From Candidatus Hydrothermarchaeum profundi (GTDB taxonomy: Archaea > Hydrothermarchaeota > Hydrothermarchaeia > Hydrothermarchaeales > Hydrothermarchaeaceae): a stretch of 64,000 nucleotides of DNA. Within the stretch, counting starts at the first letter, position 1. Each line of letters starts with the position of its first letter. Positions 57,446 to 64,000 of this stretch are shown here, one piece after another. The stretch is from the NCBI GenBank assembly GCA_002011125.2, contig MTMF02000009.1:1320989-1384988 (forward strand), written 5' to 3'. Both the position numbers and the translations under genes were made by a program. The notes beneath the pieces were generated by a model that worked only from the letters and a program-made list of their open reading frames with translations, did not search any database and had not been told where the DNA came from.

Positions 57446-59821
57446 AAATATTCTTGGCGCATCTCCGTATTCTACCTCTTTTATACTATGCATTTCTTTT
57501 AGATCTTTTTCAAATGGTTTAAGTACTTCCGGTAAGACAACTTTCTCTACCGGAGATTTTAACGAAAGGCCCGCTTCTTTCTTCTTTTTCCATATTAGGC
57601 TATTTATCTCAAGGATATCTGATGTTTTTATTTCTAATTCATAATCTTCCTCGACCTTTGGAAACTCTGTAAAGTGGATATCTTCGCCTCGGAGTTCCAT
57701 ATATAGTTTGTAAGTTATAAAAGGCACTATAGGAGCCAGTAATTTTAATATAGCCTCTAAGCACTTGTTCAAAGTGTATATAGCCGCATTTTGTTCTTCT
57801 TGGCTAAATTTACCCTCGTGGTTATATGCTCTATTCTTTACCATTTCTAAATAGTGGGATGCAAAAGTCTCCCACAGGAAATGTTTTATCCTTATGGCAG
57901 GATTATGAAAGTCATATTTCTCATATCTCTCTCTCGTGAACTTTATCAGCTTATTAATCTCTGAAAGTATCCATTTATCTGATTCCATCAGCTTATATTT
58001 CCCCTCTACTTTTGGGAATAGAGATATAAAGCGAGCTAAGTTCCAGAGCTTTGTAAGCGTTTTTTTCGTTCCAGCTATTCTTTGAAAAGAACATCTAAAG
58101 TCTGTTCTATCTAAGTTACCCTCTACGGCGGCCCATAATCTAAATGGCTCTGCCCCAAACTCGTCGAGTACGTCCTTAGGATCAATCACGTTCCCCACAG
58201 ATTTACTCATCTTTCGTCCTTTTTCGTCAACAATATGGTAGTTTATCCAGACATCCTTGAAAATCACCTTCCCTGTGAGCAAATAATCTTTTAAAACGGT
58301 ATAATATAGCCAGGTCCTTATGATTTCTTTCCCTTGTGGACGGAGGGAGCACGGAGAGTTTTTTTCAAAAAACTCTGGGTCCCTTGAATATTTCAGTATA
58401 TATAGGGGAGTTATAGATGAATCGAACCAAGTATCAAATACTCTCTCATCGCCTTTAAATTCTGAAGACCCGCATCTTGGGCAGTTTTTAACCGGAGCTA
58501 TGTCTTTCCAAGGCTTATAATAACGGCCTTTTTTAGGAACTATTATCTCTCCACAGTTTTTGCAGTGCCACACAGGTACTTCAGTTGCATAATATCTCCT
58601 GCGCGATATAGGCCAATCTATCTTTATAGAGTCGATCCAATCTAGTAAGATCTGTCTACTTTGGGGCGCATAAAAATTCATCTGATAAGCGAGTTTCCGC
58701 ATTTCATCCTTGTAATCCAATTGCTTTAGATAGAATTCTTCCATTTCAATAAATTCTATATCATCTCCCGATCTCTCGCAAGTAGGGGTTCTATGCACAA
58801 TTTCATGTTGTCTTACAAGTAAACCTCTCTTCTTTAGCTCTTCAATCATTTTTTTTCTAGCTTCTTTTACAGGTAGCCCTGCAAGAAATCCAGCGTTTTC
58901 ATTCATTTTACCATCTTGGTTTATTGCTATCGTAGGCTCAAGTCCCATTTCTATAAAGAATCTAATATCTGAGGTATCCCCAGCAGAACACATCATAACC
59001 AGGCCTGTGCCTTTCTCCATGTCAGCCATCGGATGAGCTTTAACTGGGACTTCCTTCTCAAATATTGGGGTAATGGCAGTTTTACCCTCCAATCGTTGGT
59101 ATCTTTCATCCTTGGGATTAAAAATCACCATGCCACAGGTACACACAAGCTCTGGCCTAGTTGTACTTATTATTATTTCCTCCCCAGTTTCTTTTATCTT
59201 AAAGATAATATCATTAAAAGTGGTAGGCTCTTCCTTGTAAACGATCTCAGCATCCGCTATAGTTGTTCTACATCCAGGACAATAATTTGTAATTCTTTTG
59301 TCTATGTATATTAGGCCTTTGTTCCAGAGATCTATGAAGGTCTCTTGAGTAAGGGTTCTATAATCTTCAGAGTCAGTTTCATATACTTCACCTAGTCCCG
59401 TACCAATCTCGAAAGAGTTAAAACTTATACCTAATCTCAAAAAAGATTCTATAGTTTTAGTGCCAGCATCTTCTAGTACCCCCTTACAAAGTTCAATGAA
59501 TTTTTCTCTAGGCGTTTCAGACAGCTTAATACCATATTTCTTTTCAGTTGCCATTTCAATAGGTAAACCATTCTTGTCAAGTCCAAGGGGGAATAAGACA
59601 TTATAACCTATCATCCTCCGGAATCTAGCGAACATATCCATAATCACGTAGGTTGTAGCTTGGCCGATATGTACTGGGGTGTTAACATAAGGAGGGGGGG
59701 TATCTATAGAATAAACAGGTTTGTCGCTTTTCTTATTAAATGCGTAGAGTTTTTCTTCTTTCCACTTAGTGTATATCTCCTCTTCAAACTCTTTTTTCCA
59801 TCTTTTTTCTTTAATTGGCAT
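57434..59821 (-). CDS. valS: Valine-tRNA ligase
   Basis: IDTPPPY, HIGQ, TTRPE, GTGLVM, WPISRRR, DTWFDSS, KMSKS. Confidence 0.94.
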   Translation of the reverse strand: MPIKEKRWKKEFEEEIYTKWKEEKLYAFNKKSDKPVYSIDTPPPYVNTPVHIGQATTYVIMDMFARFRRMIGYNVLFPLGLDKNGLPIEMATEKKYGIKLSETPREKFIELCKGVLEDAGTKTIESFLRLGISFNSFEIGTGLGEVYETDSEDYRTLTQETFIDLWNKGLIYIDKRITNYCPGCRTTIADAEIVYKEEPTTFNDIIFKIKETGEEIIISTTRPELVCTCGMVIFNPKDERYQRLEGKTAITPIFEKEVPVKAHPMADMEKGTGLVMMCSAGDTSDIRFFIEMGLEPTIAINQDGKMNENAGFLAGLPVKEARKKMIEELKKRGLLVRQHEIVHRTPTCERSGDDIEFIEMEEFYLKQLDYKDEMRKLAYQMNFYAPQSRQILLDWIDSIKIDWPISRRRYYATEVPVWHCKNCGEIIVPKKGRYYKPWKDIAPVKNCPRCGSSEFKGDERVFDTWFDSSITPLYILKYSRDPEFFEKNSPCSLRPQGKEIIRTWLYYTVLKDYLLTGKVIFKDVWINYHIVDEKGRKMSKSVGNVIDPKDVLDEFGAEPFRLWAAVEGNLDRTDFRCSFQRIAGTKKTLTKLWNLARFISLFPKVEGKYKLMESDKWILSEINKLIKFTRERYEKYDFHNPAIRIKHFLWETFASHYLEMVKNRAYNHEGKFSQEEQNAAIYTLNKCLEAILKLLAPIVPFITYKLYMELRGEDIHFTEFPKVEEDYELEIKTSDILEINSLIWKKKKEAGLSLKSPVEKVVLPEVLKPFEKDLKEMHSIKEVEYGDAPRIFLGK

Positions 59822-59851
59822 ATTGGTCTCACTGAAAAGATCCCATGATAT

Positions 59852-60610
59852 TTAAATTTTGAGCTTCATTTCATCTTTAGCTGCTATAGTATTTATTCCG
59901 GTTTCCTTCTGTGCTCTTCTAGCCTCATTATCTGCGATATCGATCATTTTCAATCCAAAGTGCTGAATTATAGCGAGTTCAGGTTTTGCTTCTTTACAAA
60001 TCTTTATGACATCATCTATACATAGATGCCAAGCTATTCTTTCGTTTCTAGGCCGAATTACGTTAAAGATAATTACATTTGCATTTTTATAATAGTTGGA
60101 TATTCCTTCAAAATATTGTGTGTCAGATGTATAGACTATAGTACCATTATCTTTAGTTAAAAACTTTAATCCAACCGTTGTTGGATCACTATGTTTTGTA
60201 GGCAAACACTCTACCCGGCATCCTCCTATATCAAAAGACTCCCTTGGTTTCATCACAATTTTTTTTCCTACTTTTTGCTGGTGATAAGCGGAGATAGCTG
60301 GTCCGAGGTTGTCTATCCCTATTAATGTGCTTTCACTTCCGGCGAGGATCCCTTTTTTTAGGGTCATACCCTTGGTCATAGCTTCGATAAGAATCTCTGC
60401 GTCATTGTAATGGTCAGGATGGCAGTGTGTCACGACGACGGCATCCGTTTTTATTGGGCTAATATTCATTTTTTTCATTGCTACTAAGGCACCGGGGCCT
60501 GGGTCAATGTGTATGTTATTTCTTGAATGTAATCTGAAACCACCTGTTTGGAGGCGCTGTAAGAGCGTGGTCCATCTACCTCCTCCCGAACCCAGAAAGA
60601 CTAATTCCAC
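59852..60610 (-). CDS. Metallo-beta-lactamase-fold hydrolase
   Basis: FLGSGGGR, IDPGPG, THCHPDH, YTSDT, HFG. Confidence 0.9.
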   Translation of the reverse strand: MELVFLGSGGGRWTTLLQRLQTGGFRLHSRNNIHIDPGPGALVAMKKMNISPIKTDAVVVTHCHPDHYNDAEILIEAMTKGMTLKKGILAGSESTLIGIDNLGPAISAYHQQKVGKKIVMKPRESFDIGGCRVECLPTKHSDPTTVGLKFLTKDNGTIVYTSDTQYFEGISNYYKNANVIIFNVIRPRNERIAWHLCIDDVIKICKEAKPELAIIQHFGLKMIDIADNEARRAQKETGINTIAAKDEMKLKI

Positions 60611-60660
60611 ACTATCACAGGAAATTCATAGTAGAGAAAAGTTTAATAAATTTTTCTAAT

Positions 60661-62376
60661 TTAGAGAAGGGAGAATATTTGGTGAAAAAAGAGCTTTATA
60701 CCTTCAATATTAAGGGGATATGAGATCGTATAAATATTATTAGATCTATCGGATTCCAAAATCCAATGGTCTTTATCAATTTTAATATACTCAGGTTTAG
60801 CTTCTGTTTCAAACGATACTTGTTCTTTCAAGTTTCGCATCCAAACTTTTTTAGTAATCTCGCCATCGGCAGTGTATAACGTGACATCAATCGGCATCTC
60901 TGTTATATCACCTACCTGCGCTATTTTGACTATGACAGAATGTCCTTTTGTAATTGCGCTTTCAACTTTATAATCCGGTAAATTAGTGCCGTATACCCAC
61001 TGCTTAAAAAACCAGCTAAGGTCTTTTCCAGAGACTCTCTCACTTACTTTCTGGAAGTCCTCAACAGATGAACTTTTTCCAGAATACTGGCTTGCGAAGC
61101 TTTCCATTATACTTTTAAAGGTATTGTCCCCCACGACGTATCTTAACATGTGGAGTACAAGTGCGCCTTTAGAATAAACAACGGCATGGTAGATCCCTCC
61201 ACCATACTCCTCCTCAACCCTTGTAATTGGCAGGTCTCCAAGTTCAGTGACTTTATCCAAATATTCTTTTCTCTTCTTTTCTAAAGCGGAGATCAATGCA
61301 TCTCTCCCATACTTATCTTCTAGGAACATGGCTCCAGAATATGTAGCAAATCCTTCCAATAACCAGTAGTGCTGCTCTGTTGGTGATTCCTCGATTTCTG
61401 GTTTAGGGGGGGTAAGGATCATACTGAATTTCTCAATAGATCTTAAGCTAGGCTCTCCTTTAGCGAATACCAGTGCTCCCCACCAATTATGGGCGATTTC
61501 ATGGGCAATGAATTCGGGTGAAGGTTCTTTTCTAAAAATGCCTGCCGAGAGCATTATTAGCCCTTGATCGCCATGTCCTCCGTAAAAGAATTCAGGGATC
61601 TCTACAACTGAAAATTTTTGAAAGGGATAACACCCAAAAGCCGAGGAGTAAAATTCTATGATATCGGATGAAAGTTTAAATGATTTTTCTGCACGGAAGT
61701 ATTCTTCCGGATAAAGATAATACTCTACCTCTAAAAATTTATGAGGACAGTTCTGAATAAATATCTCTCTCTTTGCTTGAAGATATTTTCCAGAAGCGAA
61801 GGAGATACCACGGGTCGGATTTTTAATATCCCAAACAAAGGTTTTATAAGCGTTTTCTTTGAGTACTTCAACTAATTCTCCTACAGTGACCGCTGTTTCG
61901 TCTTCTGGAACTGTAAGTGATATTCTAGCAGTAGCTCTGTCGCCCCAGATTAGTGGGTACCACACGGACTCATAGATCATATAACTACCTTCCCTGCCTA
62001 TGTAACCCCATATAAATTTTCCAGATTGAAAATTAGTATCAGAGATACCTGAATATTCGAAAGTAAGTGTTTCAAGGGTTCCATTTTTAAGTGTTTTTTC
62101 TAAAGTCACTTCTATCTTGTTATCGTGTCTCTCAAAATGCAAAGGTCTACTTTTACTATCTGTTATCCTTGAGATAGAAAGGTCCTTATTTAAAAAAAAG
62201 GCCACTTTATCTATATCTCCGAGAGCTTTTATCTCGAGAGATATCTTTGCAGTGAATTTGTGTTCTTGGGGAAGTAAATTTATATGAAAGTCGTAGTGTT
62301 GTATATCAACATTATTTTCAGCATAAGCTATTGGTAGCATAAATAAAAAGATAACTCCAACGAGTATTACTCTCAT
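60661..62376 (-). CDS. Secreted M1-family (gluzincin) aminopeptidase
   Basis: Signal peptide, HEIAHNWWG, WLLEGFATY, VYSKGALVLHMLR. Confidence 0.88.
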   Translation of the reverse strand: MRVILVGVIFLFMLPIAYAENNVDIQHYDFHINLLPQEHKFTAKISLEIKALGDIDKVAFFLNKDLSISRITDSKSRPLHFERHDNKIEVTLEKTLKNGTLETLTFEYSGISDTNFQSGKFIWGYIGREGSYMIYESVWYPLIWGDRATARISLTVPEDETAVTVGELVEVLKENAYKTFVWDIKNPTRGISFASGKYLQAKREIFIQNCPHKFLEVEYYLYPEEYFRAEKSFKLSSDIIEFYSSAFGCYPFQKFSVVEIPEFFYGGHGDQGLIMLSAGIFRKEPSPEFIAHEIAHNWWGALVFAKGEPSLRSIEKFSMILTPPKPEIEESPTEQHYWLLEGFATYSGAMFLEDKYGRDALISALEKKRKEYLDKVTELGDLPITRVEEEYGGGIYHAVVYSKGALVLHMLRYVVGDNTFKSIMESFASQYSGKSSSVEDFQKVSERVSGKDLSWFFKQWVYGTNLPDYKVESAITKGHSVIVKIAQVGDITEMPIDVTLYTADGEITKKVWMRNLKEQVSFETEAKPEYIKIDKDHWILESDRSNNIYTISYPLNIEGIKLFFHQIFSLL

Positions 62377-62598
62377 CCTATCTCCTTCCTCAGGACCCTG
62401 GGGGGAAGAGCGATCAAACTTTGCATTATATTGGCCGAGATGTCATATATAAATTATTCTATTAAAAAAGATTTAGTTAAACTGGAATCCTTCTTTTTTA
62501 TACGTTTATATCGTCTTTAGCGGTTTTCTAGGGGTAAATGGTATAATTTATATTTGTGGCATAGTATGCAAGTCATATCATCTAATTAGAAAGTAATT

Positions 62599-63531
62599 CT
62601 ATTGATGTAAGAGCTGAGATAAAAGCTCACTAATGTCGGCTTCTGCTACACATACGTACTTGTCTGCTGCACCGTAGTAGACTAGTAGTCGGCCGTCAAT
62701 AACAACGGCGGCTTCTGGGAAAACTACATTTTGAACATCGCCATGCTTCTCGTATTCCTCCCTAGGCTCTAACACAGGTTTTTTAGTTCTACTAATAACG
62801 ATGCTAGGGTTTCTAGAGTCTAGGAGGGCTATACCTGCACGGTATACCTTCTTATTATCAACACCGTGATAAATGAGGAGCCACCCTTCTTCAGTTTTTA
62901 TTGGAGGTGAACCCGCGCCAACTTTGAATTCTTCCCATTTTTCTTCTGGTTTTAATAAAAGTTTATGGTTTTTCCAATCTCGGAGATTCTTGGAATAAGC
63001 TATCCAAATACTCGGTTTAGCTGTGCCATACTCTTTCCCAATCCAATTGTGAGGACGATGAAGCATAACGTATGAGCCATCTATTTTTTCGGGAAATAAT
63101 ACTACATCTCTGTCATCAGCTCCTGGCGGGGTTATTACTCCTATCTTGTGGAATTTTTTGAAATCCCTAGTTTTAGCAAGAGCTGTTCGTGGTGGACCTC
63201 CTCCTTGCCTTGCGGGTTTTTTAAGGGCAACGTAAGTCATATATACTTCGCCCTCTATCTTGGTTATTCTAGGGTCCTCACATCCCCACTTGTCATATTC
63301 TCTATCAGGTTGAAAAACTGGGTTAGTGGATACTCTTCTAAAAACGTAGCCATCTTCACTTATAGCATATCCTATCCTAGATATGTAGTAGTCATATTCC
63401 CCAATAGCACGGTAAAGTAGATGAATTCTTCCTTCCGTGTATAACGCCGCAGGATTAAATACTGCTTTTGATTCCCACCAGTTCTTGGAGATCGGCTTTA
63501 GTACTGGATTAAATTTGTAACGCACAAGCAT
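62599..63531 (-). CDS. GH130-family glycosidase/phosphorylase
   Basis: VFNPAA, LYRA, GCEDPR, FPEKI, KVGAGSPP, YHGV, NVVFP, YYGAAD. Confidence 0.92.
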   Translation of the reverse strand: MLVRYKFNPVLKPISKNWWESKAVFNPAALYTEGRIHLLYRAIGEYDYYISRIGYAISEDGYVFRRVSTNPVFQPDREYDKWGCEDPRITKIEGEVYMTYVALKKPARQGGGPPRTALAKTRDFKKFHKIGVITPPGADDRDVVLFPEKIDGSYVMLHRPHNWIGKEYGTAKPSIWIAYSKNLRDWKNHKLLLKPEEKWEEFKVGAGSPPIKTEEGWLLIYHGVDNKKVYRAGIALLDSRNPSIVISRTKKPVLEPREEYEKHGDVQNVVFPEAAVVIDGRLLVYYGAADKYVCVAEADISELLSQLLHQ

Positions 63532-63590
63532 AGCTTACTCTACCTTGCAATTTCTATTATTTTAGAATCACATAAAAAAGAATTTTAAAA

Positions 63591-64000
63591 CTATAGTCTG
63601 TTTTTATCGAGGATGCTCATAATCTCGCTAATATCGATTTCTCCTATGCCTATGACTGAGTCTGTGGCGCCATACGATATTAAAATCGTGTCATCTATCT
63701 TAGCAGCGCCGCAAGGGAAAACAACGTGAGGTCTGTCTCCGTATATTTCATATATTTCCTTTGGGGCCATTATATAGTTGGGTGTGATGGCGGCCACTTT
63801 AGAATCATGGGTTAACACAGCAAAAACACGGTAAGATTGTGTATCCCTATCTACACCGTGCAATAATATAAGATTTTCATTGTCTATTTTTATAGGCGGG
63901 GTCGCCCATCCTACCTTTTGCTCAAAATCGGCAGGTTCAAAGGCCGTTAGGGTATCTTGGACTCTGATTTCTTCTAGTTGATCTGTATTAATATTATTGC
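63591..64000 (-). CDS. GH130-like protein, 3' part (start outside window)
   Basis: Frame open to window end; KVGWATPP, LHGVD, YGDRPHVVFPCGA, SYGATD. Confidence 0.85.
   Translation of the reverse strand, partial: NNINTDQLEEIRVQDTLTAFEPADFEQKVGWATPPIKIDNENLILLHGVDRDTQSYRVFAVLTHDSKVAAITPNYIMAPKEIYEIYGDRPHVVFPCGAAKIDDTILISYGATDSVIGIGEIDISEIMSILDKNRL

Overview
Archaeal (euryarchaeal-type, AT-rich) chromosomal segment. The exact lineage cannot be assigned from this window; the gene set would fit e.g. Hydrothermarchaeota (inference). The left edge carries a pyrrolysine decoding cassette on the minus strand: tRNA-Pyl(CUA), a stand-alone pylSn and the start of pylSc. It is divergent from an MtbA/MtaA-type methylcobamide methyltransferase. 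Next come a cobalt-uptake plus anaerobic corrinoid biosynthesis operon (cbiMNQO, cbiX, Ni/Co permease, cbiC D ET, cobT, cbiL F G H J, cobD) and a 'headless' Fpo/complex I-like operon with an inserted Cys-containing CBS gene and two orphan trailing ORFs. Right after this operon lie three unannotated structured putative small RNAs carrying (anti-)Shine-Dalgarno-like motifs; two are tandem paralogs with their own BRE/TATA promoters, and the three flank a 4xCBS gene. The rest is mostly housekeeping: aIF1A-Rio1-KH-DUF530, TyrRS, hdrCB, LonB, prs, coaD, the rnp4-S19e-L39e-L31e-aIF6-LX-pfdA-ftsY cluster, ValRS and four more tRNAs. It also holds six stand-alone CBS genes in total, two histidine kinases, a solitary serine resolvase with a putative res site, an M1 peptidase and two GH130 genes. 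At least two genes appear to use non-canonical start codons (CTG, ACG).
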